Assembly (NCBI GenBank): GCA_965215265.1
Contig: OZ244048.1
Location: 3,264,001-3,328,000 of the forward strand
Source of the DNA: Candidatus Poribacteria bacterium
GTDB taxonomy: Bacteria; Poribacteria; WGA-4E; WGA-3G
Direction: 5' to 3'
Length of the DNA stretch: 64,000 bases
Shown here: piece after piece, positions 7,670 through 16,744 of the stretch
How positions within the stretch are numbered: position 1 is the first letter of the stretch
Layout: every line of letters begins with the position of its first letter
Made by a program: the position numbers and the translations under genes
Notes under the pieces: model-generated
Databases searched by the model: none
What the model saw: only the letters and a program-made list of their open reading frames with translations
Told to the model about the DNA's origin: nothing

Positions 7670-9568
7670 ATGATAGAAACTTTCTTACTCCGCAACATTG
7701 CGCTTATTGACGAACTTGCTTTGGAACTCTCACCGGGGTTAAATATTTTCACTGGTGAGACAGGTGCGGGTAAATCCGTCATCCTCAAATCGGTGGGGCT
7801 GGTATTAGGCGAACGCGCCACAGCTGACATCGTCCGCGAAGGAGCAGATGTTGCCACGGTGGAAGTGGCTGTTGCCCCGCCCCAACAGCCCCGGGTAGCT
7901 GCAGGGTACGAAGATAGCGAACATCGGACAACTCAAGGCGATGCGTTTGAAAATAGATACATAGAATTAGCTGATGAAGATAGCCTCATCCTTTCTCGAC
8001 AGATAAATGCGTCGGGTCGAAGCCGGGGCTGTATAAACGGACGCCTGGCGACCTTAAAACAGTTACAAGCATTGGGTACACAGCTCGTAGATATTCATGG
8101 GCAACATGAACATCAATCGCTATTTAAAACCGAAACGCATCTTAATCTCTTAGATGCGTTTGGCGGGTGTGGTGAACTGCGGAAACAGATTCACAAATTA
8201 TACGAACATAGACAGAGATTGCAACAAGAGATCTCCGAGTTGAGACGAGACTTGCAAACTACCGCTCGCGAGAAGGAGCGACTCGAATTTGAGTGTGCGG
8301 AATTGGAGGCGGCGACTCTTGAAGAAGGGGAAGAAGAGAAACTGATAGCTGAAGCGCGAAGACTCACCCACGCAGAGACGCTGTTTGAATCTGCAAATCA
8401 GGTGTATGGCTGTTTAGACAGTGGCGGGCATCACACGCTCAGCGTGATGGAGCTGTTAAAAAGCACGACAAAAACGCTTACGTCATTAAGTGATGTGGAT
8501 GCATCTTTGTCCACGTTGAATCAGCAGTTGGAGTCAGCAAGTTATGAAATAGAGGATGTTGCGTTACAAATCCGCCGATACGCCGATACCGTAGAACTCA
8601 ATCCGATACGTCTTGCTGAAGTCAACGACCGGTTAGAACAACTCTCAAAACTGAAGCGGCGCTACGGCAATTCTGTCTCGGAAATATTAGCATACCACGC
8701 TGAGGCATCGGAGCAGCTGCAACGTTTAAACCTCAGCACCGAAAAAATGGCCTCCCTCGACGTTGAGATGGACAAAGTGAACCAGGAGGCACAACAGCTG
8801 TGTGCTGCCTTGTCAGCCAAACGAAAACAGGTCGCGAAACGGCTGTCGAGCTTGATTGAAAAAGAATTAAGGATGCTCAGCATGGACAAGGCAAGATTCC
8901 GCGTGTCTGTCGTGCCGAAAGTTGACGGTACCGGTCCGCTTCTAATTGATGGGCAGCGCTATGCTTTCGGTGCCGATGGGATGGACAGTGTTGAATTTTT
9001 AATCGCCCCCAACGTCGGTTCTACACTCCGGCCTATAGCCAGCATTGCCTCCGGTGGAGAGATTTCACGCATCATGCTGGCTCTAAAAACCGTCCTCGTC
9101 CAAGTTGACAATATCCGCACGTTGATATTTGATGAAATTGATAGTGGAATTGGTGGGAAGGTTGCCGATGTCATAGGGCAAAAACTGAAGGAACTGTCTG
9201 CATCTTCACAGGTTATTTGTATTACACACCTGCCGCAGCTAGCGCGATTCGCAGATCAGCATTTTCGTGTAGAGAAAAAAATTGTTGGACATAGAACGTT
9301 GATTACGGCGAAGCCTCTAACAGAAGAGGAACGCGTCTACGAGATTGCGAGAATGCACGGGGGTGAAGAGACGGAAATCGGGCTCGCCCATGCACGAGAG
9401 ATGCTGTCTGAATCTACTCAACCTGTGGTGGCGGGGATAAGGTATTCTTCTCTCATGGCAGAGAAAGAAAACGAAGTTGAGGGTAAAGGGTATTCAGGTC
9501 TCTCCTCGCAGGAGAGACAAGAAAACCTATCCCTCAACCGAACCCCGCCATCCGAGTGCGCCGGGTAA
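7670..9568 (+). CDS. recN: DNA repair protein RecN with a repeat-derived C-terminal extension
   Basis: TGETGAGKS, DIHGQHEHQ, ASGGEISR, LIFDEID, CITHLPQ. Confidence 0.95.
   Translation: MIETFLLRNIALIDELALELSPGLNIFTGETGAGKSVILKSVGLVLGERATADIVREGADVATVEVAVAPPQQPRVAAGYEDSEHRTTQGDAFENRYIELADEDSLILSRQINASGRSRGCINGRLATLKQLQALGTQLVDIHGQHEHQSLFKTETHLNLLDAFGGCGELRKQIHKLYEHRQRLQQEISELRRDLQTTAREKERLEFECAELEAATLEEGEEEKLIAEARRLTHAETLFESANQVYGCLDSGGHHTLSVMELLKSTTKTLTSLSDVDASLSTLNQQLESASYEIEDVALQIRRYADTVELNPIRLAEVNDRLEQLSKLKRRYGNSVSEILAYHAEASEQLQRLNLSTEKMASLDVEMDKVNQEAQQLCAALSAKRKQVAKRLSSLIEKELRMLSMDKARFRVSVVPKVDGTGPLLIDGQRYAFGADGMDSVEFLIAPNVGSTLRPIASIASGGEISRIMLALKTVLVQVDNIRTLIFDEIDSGIGGKVADVIGQKLKELSASSQVICITHLPQLARFADQHFRVEKKIVGHRTLITAKPLTEEERVYEIARMHGGEETEIGLAHAREMLSESTQPVVAGIRYSSLMAEKENEVEGKGYSGLSSQERQENLSLNRTPPSECAG
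9425..9550. repeat. palindromic REP/MITE-like family, copy 3, inside the recN reading frame
   Basis: gcaggagagacaagaaaacctatcc is the reverse complement of the copy-1 core. Confidence 0.75.
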
Positions 9569-9634
9569 AATAAACGTAATTTTAACCGGCACGCTTGCTC
9601 TCTATTTTCCAACTAAAGGTAGGAGCACAAAACT

Positions 9635-12600
9635 ATGGATGAAAGGTTTACACAACCCAACGGCACTCATGTCTATACCGGTTGCGAATTGTTAGTCAAA
9701 GGTGCCTTAGAGAGCGGTGTTAGTCTATTTACAGGGTACCCTGGTTCTCCGTTGGCCGAGGTATTTGATGTCATTCAACGCAACGCTGAGCTCTTCAAAG
9801 CCAACGGCATTGTCGCGCAGATAGCGAATAACGAAGCGTTGAGTATTGCCCGATTAAACGGTTCGCAAATGGCTGAGCTCCGTGCAATCGCTTTTATGAA
9901 AAGTGTAGGCTTGCATGTCGCCTCCGATGCACTCGCAATCAGTAACCTTGCGGGTACAACCGGCGGTGCTGTTGTGGTTGTAGGTGATGATACTTGGGGA
10001 CATAGTACTCAGGTTCCGGCAGATTCTCGTTACCTTGCGCGCCATCTCTATATGCCACTTGTTGAGCCTGCAACCTTTCAGGAGCTCAAAGATTGGGTCA
10101 AGCCTGCTTTTCAGATATCGAACCGGGCGAATCTTTATGTCTGTTATTTAGTTACACAGAACCAAGCCGATGGTGGTGGTAACGTCGAGCTTCATCCGAA
10201 TTCCTATCCGGACCTGAATGAACAGAACCAAACTGTTCTTGATACGAGTCTGATTGATGCGGAGCGACGCGTCGTCTTACCCCCGGATACAGCACGGATT
10301 GAGGTGGAAACATTACAGCACCGTCTACCGACTGCGCTGGAAACCGCACGTACACTGAACCTGAACCAGATTTGCTATAAACGGGATACACCGTATCAAT
10401 TTGGCTTTGTTACCGCCGGGCTCGCCTATAGTTATTTGCTGCACGCCCTCGGTGAACTGAATCTAGTTGGGGAAGTTCCGATCCTCAAATTGGGCATGAC
10501 CCACCCAATTGACACAGACATCCTTCGCGAATTTGCATCACAAGTAGACGAACTGTACGTGGTTGAAGAAAAGCGTCCACTGCTTGAAAATGAGCTCAAG
10601 GCGACGCTGACACAGATGTATCAAACTGGGGATATCAAGCAATTTATTAAGGTATGGGGCAAGGAATTTCCTGCCGGTTTACCGGGGTTCCCCAAAGAAG
10701 CGGGTTTGGATACCTCGATTATCATTCAACGGCTTCTGCCGCTCTTTAAAAATTTGGCGGCTCCGGCTCAGAGCAGTTCTCTTTTAGGAAAAGCAGAGCG
10801 GCGCTCGGCAAGGCTACAGATTGAAGAGGTTCGCTTTTCCAATGAAGCCGTGCTCCAAGAGGAGGTCTCTGCCAAGCAGTTTGACATTCCGCAACGCACG
10901 CCGACCTTCTGCCCTGGGTGCCCACATCGCGATTCTGCGAGCGTTCTTCAAGAAATCACTGAGCAATTTATGGACGCGGCGTATATGAAGAAGCATCACA
11001 ATACGGGGCCGGTCGATTTAGTATTTCACGGGGATATAGGCTGCTATTCTATGCTAAAATACGAACCTTTTCCCCGTTTGATGCACAACCTCTCCGCGAT
11101 GGCATTAGGTGGCGGTGCGGGTGCAGGCATAGACCCGTTTATTACTAACAAGCAAGTGGTTTTCATGGGAGATTCGACCTTTTTTCACGGTGGCATATCC
11201 GCTATCTCTGACTCCATCAAAAACAACCAGGACATCGCTTACATCATTTTAGATAACCAAACGACTGCGATGACAGGGCATCAACCGACACCCGCTGTAG
11301 ATATAGACATTCTGGGCAATCCCACGTTTGCCCAAGACATTGAGAAGGTCGTGCAAGGGCTCGCTGGTAATGCCGAAATAGACATCGTGCGGACCAACCC
11401 AGAGGATAGGGTTCACTATAAAACGTATCTGGAAAAAGTATTACTCAAAGAAGGCGTAAAAATTGTGATTGCCGATAAAGAGTGTGCGATTACCTATCAG
11501 CGCCGTCTGCGGCAGGAGCAACAAAAAACAGTCGCTAAACAAGGGTTTTTAAAGCATGAAAGGCATATCAACATCACCTCTGAGGTCTGTGAATTCTGCT
11601 TAGAATGCACAACGTCTACAGGCTGTCCGGCCCTAAAAATCATCAACACAGACTATGGCGATAAAATAGAAATTGACACGTCTACCTGCGTCTCCGATGG
11701 TGCGTGCGCGCGGATTAAGTTTGCCTGCCCTTCCTTTGAAGAAGTGCTGATTACGCGCAAACGTCCGCCTCGCCGTTTGTCACCGCTGCTTCACAACGAT
11801 ACTTCAAATTTTGATGTGCTGTCAGAGAGGTTACCGCCGCCTCGGCTCCAAGATTTTGAGAGAACCTGGAGTGTTTATGCAGCGGGTGTAGGTGGCATGG
11901 GCATCGGCACCATCTCAAAAATCCTCGTGGTGGCAGGATATCTCCAAGGTTACGATGTTAACTTCTGTGATAGAAAAGGTTTGGCGATCCGGAATGGCGG
12001 TGTCTATACGCACGTGACTTACACCAAGTCGGGTGTTCACGCTGCGCCGATTATACCTTACGGCAAGGCGGATCTGCTCTTAGGGCTAGATATTTTAGAA
12101 ACAGTCCGCGGTATCAATGCAAGCTCCCTGTTCCGTGTTGCAAGTCGGACACGCACTGCTGCTGTTATCAATACTGCGAAAACGGAAACGATGTCAACGC
12201 TCATCGGAAAAGACACCTTTGAAACTGCGACGCTTGAAGCCGCTATCCGGGAGAGCACTAGGGCGGACGCTTATGTGGGCCTAGATGTCTTTGCTATTTC
12301 AGAGCGGAGTTTCGGTAACAAGGTTTATGCGAACATCATGCTTCTTGGTACTGCCTTCCAACGCGGGTTGATTCCGCTTGAATTAAAACCGATCCAACTT
12401 GCTCTTAAACAGATGGTGCGCCCCGCGGATTTAGAAACAAACCTCAATGCTTTTACACTCGGGCGGCAATTGGGCTTAGAAAGGGGGACACGGCACGAGC
12501 AGGTTTCTGTCAGCAACGCCACTTATACAGAAATGCTTACCTCAAAACGTGCGATTTTGGAAAAACAGCGAAGTGGGCGGCGTGGCAAAAATTTAGCACA

Positions 12601-13264
12601 GACTTATGAGACTCTTGTCCAAAATACGGTTGACGAACTTTGTATGGACGAGAACGTAAACCGCATTCTCGCCCTCTACATCTACGATATGATTCAGTTT
12701 GAGAATCTGCGTTACGCCCAGCGATACGTTGAAAAGATTAAAAACATTTACGAACACGATAGTCAAACACAAGCCTATCGCGCCACTAAAGCCGCTATCC
12801 GAGGACTCCACAAGGTTATGCTGATTAAGGACGAAGTCTACGTTTCACATCTCCTTACCAGTGAAGAGAAATTTGAGCGCGATAAACAACGATATCAGAT
12901 TGATGAATCTAACGGAGATCGAATAAAGTATCTGCATCTGAACCGTCCGCATTTTCGCGTTATGGGTTTTGAGATTGAGATGGACATTGATACGCGAAAT
13001 TGGCAACTCAACATAATGAAGCGGATGAAGTTTCTCAGGCGATGGCTTTCGCAGTGGCATGCCAAAGAGCGGGCGTTCCGCGAGTGGTACCTCACTCACG
13101 TTATTGATACCTTCGCGCCGACTGATGACAGTGCTTACGAAACCCATGTTCGCGCAATAGAAACTGTTGAGCTCGTTCGTGGCTATAGACAAATTCGTTA
13201 TCCGAAAATGGAGCAGGCGCAGCAGACGATTCAAAAACTGCTTAAACCGGATCAAGATGGCTAA
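9635..13264 (+). CDS. fused indolepyruvate/2-oxoacid:ferredoxin oxidoreductase family protein (alpha + ferredoxin + beta + C-terminal domain)
   Basis: GYPGSP, FCPGCPHR, GDIGC, GDSTFFH, TAMTGHQP, CEFCLEC..GCPA, GVGGMG, NIMLLG. Confidence 0.9.
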   Translation: MDERFTQPNGTHVYTGCELLVKGALESGVSLFTGYPGSPLAEVFDVIQRNAELFKANGIVAQIANNEALSIARLNGSQMAELRAIAFMKSVGLHVASDALAISNLAGTTGGAVVVVGDDTWGHSTQVPADSRYLARHLYMPLVEPATFQELKDWVKPAFQISNRANLYVCYLVTQNQADGGGNVELHPNSYPDLNEQNQTVLDTSLIDAERRVVLPPDTARIEVETLQHRLPTALETARTLNLNQICYKRDTPYQFGFVTAGLAYSYLLHALGELNLVGEVPILKLGMTHPIDTDILREFASQVDELYVVEEKRPLLENELKATLTQMYQTGDIKQFIKVWGKEFPAGLPGFPKEAGLDTSIIIQRLLPLFKNLAAPAQSSSLLGKAERRSARLQIEEVRFSNEAVLQEEVSAKQFDIPQRTPTFCPGCPHRDSASVLQEITEQFMDAAYMKKHHNTGPVDLVFHGDIGCYSMLKYEPFPRLMHNLSAMALGGGAGAGIDPFITNKQVVFMGDSTFFHGGISAISDSIKNNQDIAYIILDNQTTAMTGHQPTPAVDIDILGNPTFAQDIEKVVQGLAGNAEIDIVRTNPEDRVHYKTYLEKVLLKEGVKIVIADKECAITYQRRLRQEQQKTVAKQGFLKHERHINITSEVCEFCLECTTSTGCPALKIINTDYGDKIEIDTSTCVSDGACARIKFACPSFEEVLITRKRPPRRLSPLLHNDTSNFDVLSERLPPPRLQDFERTWSVYAAGVGGMGIGTISKILVVAGYLQGYDVNFCDRKGLAIRNGGVYTHVTYTKSGVHAAPIIPYGKADLLLGLDILETVRGINASSLFRVASRTRTAAVINTAKTETMSTLIGKDTFETATLEAAIRESTRADAYVGLDVFAISERSFGNKVYANIMLLGTAFQRGLIPLELKPIQLALKQMVRPADLETNLNAFTLGRQLGLERGTRHEQVSVSNATYTEMLTSKRAILEKQRSGRRGKNLAQTYETLVQNTVDELCMDENVNRILALYIYDMIQFENLRYAQRYVEKIKNIYEHDSQTQAYRATKAAIRGLHKVMLIKDEVYVSHLLTSEEKFERDKQRYQIDESNGDRIKYLHLNRPHFRVMGFEIEMDIDTRNWQLNIMKRMKFLRRWLSQWHAKERAFREWYLTHVIDTFAPTDDSAYETHVRAIETVELVRGYRQIRYPKMEQAQQTIQKLLKPDQDG

Positions 13265-13304
13265 TGTTGCTGTAAAAGCGAGTTTATGAGATGAGCGCGA
13301 TGGT

Positions 13305-13441
13305 AGTGGCAGGATAGGTATTCTTTGTCTCTCCTACAAGGAGAGACAAGTGGCGAGATAGGTATCTTTCTCTGTCCATAAGAGAAGATAACCTTTTGTT
13401 CGCCACCCATTGGGATTACCTTTTACCTGCCACCCACTGGG
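13305..13441. repeat. palindromic REP/MITE-like family, copy 4 (nested/composite)
   Basis: agtggcaggataggt..tctctcctacaaggagaga, a second agtggcgagataggt start, and the end acctgccacccactggg. Confidence 0.8.
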
Positions 13442-13473
13442 CAGCAATCTCTAGTATGACTGCGTAGGAAAAA

Positions 13474-14382
13474 ATGGAAACTAATAGGACACGTACACAA
13501 GATATCCGCCCATACATCACCGGGCGTAGCCGTGTAGTCGGTGTAATCGGTTCCCCGGTTCAGCACAGCCGTTCGCCCCAAATGCACAACGCTGCGTTTG
13601 TTAAAGCTGGACTGGATTATGCCTATCTCCCATTTCACGTTCATCCTGCGGATATAGAGCAAGCGATTGCAGGATTTCAAGCGATAAACGTGGTTGGACT
13701 CAACGTCACTGTGCCACATAAACAGGCAGTTATCCCTTTTCTGACGAGTCTCTCGCGTGAAGCGGAACTTATTGGTGCTGTCAATACACTTATTTTTTCG
13801 GAGGGCACCATACACGGTGATAATACGGATGCCCGTGGATTTTTACACGCACTCGAAGAGGCTAGCAAGTCACCGATTAACAGTCCGGATGAAAGCAGTT
13901 TTATTAGAGGAGAACACATTGTGATCTTAGGTGCGGGTGGTTCTGCTCGCGCAGTTGTTGTTGCACTTGCGCTCGCCGGTGCCGCTTCGATTTTCATTGC
14001 CAACCGTACAGCTGCTAAAGCTATCGCCTTAGCAGACGAATTTCACCAAAAAACAGGCATCCCGATGTACGGCAGCGGACTCAACGATGGAAGATTGCCA
14101 AAGGCACTACACCAAAGTAGCCTACTCGTCAATACTGCAACTGCCAGCATGGATGCCTCACATCCGCTGCTTATTTCTGAAGAGTGGCTCCAGCCACACA
14201 CTTTCGTTTACGACATTGTCTATACTCCTCCTGTTACACCTCTGATGCACGCCGCTGTGAAACGTGGCTGCAAAACCCTGGGGGGGCTCGGAATGCTCGT
14301 CCATCAAGGTGCTATCGCCTTTGAAAAATGGACAGGTATCAGGCCTTGTATAGAGACAATGCGCCATGCACTTGAGTCATAA
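13474..14382 (+). CDS. aroE: shikimate dehydrogenase
   Basis: HSRSPQMHN, NVTVPHK, IGAVNT, GDNTD, GAGGSARA, GLGMLVHQG. Confidence 0.95.
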   Translation: METNRTRTQDIRPYITGRSRVVGVIGSPVQHSRSPQMHNAAFVKAGLDYAYLPFHVHPADIEQAIAGFQAINVVGLNVTVPHKQAVIPFLTSLSREAELIGAVNTLIFSEGTIHGDNTDARGFLHALEEASKSPINSPDESSFIRGEHIVILGAGGSARAVVVALALAGAASIFIANRTAAKAIALADEFHQKTGIPMYGSGLNDGRLPKALHQSSLLVNTATASMDASHPLLISEEWLQPHTFVYDIVYTPPVTPLMHAAVKRGCKTLGGLGMLVHQGAIAFEKWTGIRPCIETMRHALES

Positions 14383-14405
14383 TTTGAGGAGGTGCCGAAC
14401 AAAGC

Positions 14406-14687
14406 ATGCAAGAACAAGAAAATCAAGCCATTCGATTCGTCATTCTTGGAACGCCTTATTCTATCAAACCGAGTGATGATTTACCGCGTGAGGATATCCA
14501 CGAATTGATAGAATACGTTAAGGGCTTAGTTGAATCCTATACTCAAAAAGGTTTTGATGAACAAAAAATTCCGCTGCTCGTTGCTTTCCACGTTGCTGAT
14601 GAGATGCGGCGACTTCAACACTTTTATGAAGCCCCATTGCAGCAATTAGTGGATAAGTTACAGGGCGCAATTGAAGAAAAGGCTTAA
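14406..14687 (+). CDS. zapA: cell division protein ZapA family
   Basis: 93 aa with ILGTPYSIK and LLVAFHVADE followed by a coiled coil; GAGGAGG RBS. Confidence 0.65.
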   Translation: MQEQENQAIRFVILGTPYSIKPSDDLPREDIHELIEYVKGLVESYTQKGFDEQKIPLLVAFHVADEMRRLQHFYEAPLQQLVDKLQGAIEEKA

Positions 14688-14848
14688 CTGAGCACGAGCG
14701 ATAGCGGTTTGAATGAAACTAACGATTGGATAAGTTTTTAAGTCTTCTCAAATTTTGTGCGAGGTTGATGTCCCGCCTTGCTCAGAGACTTTCGTTCTTT
14801 TTAAGTTAAGCGGAGATTCAACTTGGAATCGAAAGTAGAATAAAAAAA

Positions 14849-14878
14849 ATGAAATTGTGTATGAAATTGTGGTATAAT
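14849..14878 (+). promoter_or_regulatory. extended -10 promoter overlapped by a 12-bp tandem repeat
   Basis: atgaaattgtgt/atgaaattgtgg directly before TATAAT (TGnTATAAT at 14870-14878). Confidence 0.55.
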
Positions 14879-14916
14879 ATTGACTTAATTTTAGATTTAC
14901 TCAGGGGGAGTTAATT

Positions 14917-16509
14917 TTGAAAACAAGGGTTCTCGTGCACCGAGGAATTAGTGTCTTAGCACAGCTAACGATTTTGATGTGTTTCGTTTCTTTTATTGTC
15001 ATACCTGCAACTGCCCAGGTGAGTTACCACGAACAGATTGTCCCTATTCTCAAGCGAAGCTGCCAAGGGTGCCATCACCCTGGCGATGCGAATGGCGATC
15101 TGATTGTCACAACATACGCTGAGCTCAAGCGGGGCGGAATGGCTGGCGAAGCCTTGATACCGGGAAAACCGGATGAAAGTCTAATCATCAAGCTTATTTC
15201 GGGCGATGAGCCCGCGATGCCACAGAACCAAGAACCACTGTCTACTGAAGAAGTGACTCTGTTCCGGCAGTGGATTCTGGAGGGCGCGAACGACGACACT
15301 CCCGCAGAAACTGATGCCCTGGATGAAGGGAACTATCCGGTATACACAGTGCCCCCCGTTATTTCTGCGATGGCGTATTCTCCAGATGGCAGCACGTTGG
15401 CGGTATCTGGGTTCCGCGAAGTTCTATTGTATGATACAGAAACTTTTGAAATCAGCGCACGATTGGTGGGAAAATCGCATCGTATTGAATCGCTTACCTA
15501 TACAACCGATGGAAAAATTTTAGGTGTCGCTGGCGGTTCGCCAGCACAATTCGGCGAAGTGCAATTGTGGGATACTGGAACGAATACGCTCATCAAGGCG
15601 ATGCGTTCGAGCTACGATACCATCTACGGGCTCTCTTTTTCTCCTGATGGGAGTCGAGTTGCATTCGGATGTGCAGACCAAACTGTCCGCGTTCTCTCCG
15701 TTGAAGATGAGACAGAGTTAATTAAATTTGACAATCATAGCGACTGGGTATTCGGGACTATTTTTTCTACCGATGGTTCGCATTTCGTCAGTTGTGGGCG
15801 CGATACAGCTTTAAAGTTGGTTGAAGTAGAAACCGGGTCGTTTGTGGATGATATCAATTCCAGCAATAAAGGGTATGGGGAAATTAATACGCTTGCACGG
15901 CATCCAGCCGCCGACCAGGTGCTAAGCGGAGGAGAGGATAGAATTCCGAGACTCTACAAGATTTTCCGGGAAATCCGGCGGGACGTTGGAAACACAGACT
16001 TCAATCTCATCAAAGCCTACGAAGCGCAATCCGGTTCAATTGAGGCAGTCGCATTCTCGGGAGACGGGAAAAGTTTTGCTGTTGGAAATGCGGCAGGTGA
16101 AGTGCGCGTTTATGATGTAGAAACTGGAACGCGATTATCAACTATGTCCGGGGACACCGTTGGTGTATTTGCAGTAACTTTTCATCCAGATGGTACAAAA
16201 GTCGCCGCCGGTGGTTTCGACGGGAAGATTCGTATCTTTGATGCCGCTACCGGGAAACTTGTCAAAGCCTTTATAGCCGTACCAATCGAAGCCTCAGCAA
16301 CCCAAGACATGGCTTTGACGGTAAGCGGGATGACGTGAGGGGCTTGTGTCGTTAAAGTGCAGGATGCACTCTCAAATCTCCAACACGTTATCAACGTTGA
16401 GGTTTCGCTGCCTGATAAGGCAGTGATTCAGGTTCGGAAGAACGCCATCACCGAAAATGAGCTGGCCAACGTCATTAAAGCAGCTGGGTTTAACGTGCCT
16501 AGGAAGTAG
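14917..16509 (+). CDS. signal peptide + planctomycete cytochrome c + WD40 propeller + C-terminal HMA domain with selenocysteine (UGA at 16336-16338); 530 aa with readthrough
   Basis: CQGCH and WD40 repeats. The frame continues LTVSGMT*GACVVKVQDALSNLQHVINVEVSLPDKAVIQVRKNAITENELANVIKAAGFNVPRK to TAG16509, a complete HMA fold with UGA at the first Cys of GMTCxxC. Confidence 0.88.
16336..16375 (+). promoter_or_regulatory. bacterial SECIS-like hairpin
   Basis: AGTGCA-GGA-TGCACT at 16356-16370, loop ~23 nt after the UGA; lower stem TGAGGG/CTCTCA possible. Confidence 0.7.
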
Positions 16510-16640
16510 AACGCATCATACTGTTTAAGTAAAAATTTAATACGGTATGGATTGCAGGGCACTAACGAAGATGCCCGGCGGAATTTACTGCTTTAATCAA
16601 GAAGGGGTGCTGCTTAAATAGACGACGAGGAGCTCGTAGA

Positions 16641-16686
16641 TTGACGGGAAAAGGTATTGACGTGAGGTCAATACCTTACCCGTCAA
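16641..16686. repeat. near-perfect 46 bp palindrome upstream of the sulfatase
   Basis: ttgacggg-aa-aaggtattgac-gtgag-gtcaatacctt-a-cccgtcaa. Confidence 0.8.
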
Positions 16687-16744
16687 CTGAACGAACATAA
16701 ACTGTTCAAACTTTCGTACGTACGTACATATAAAAGGCTAAATT

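Noticed and set aside
14688-14830. 6S RNA downstream of zapA, the usual proteobacterial position
   Set aside because: Only a 7-bp ctgagca/tgctcag closure over ~98 nt; no convincing rod with a central bubble.
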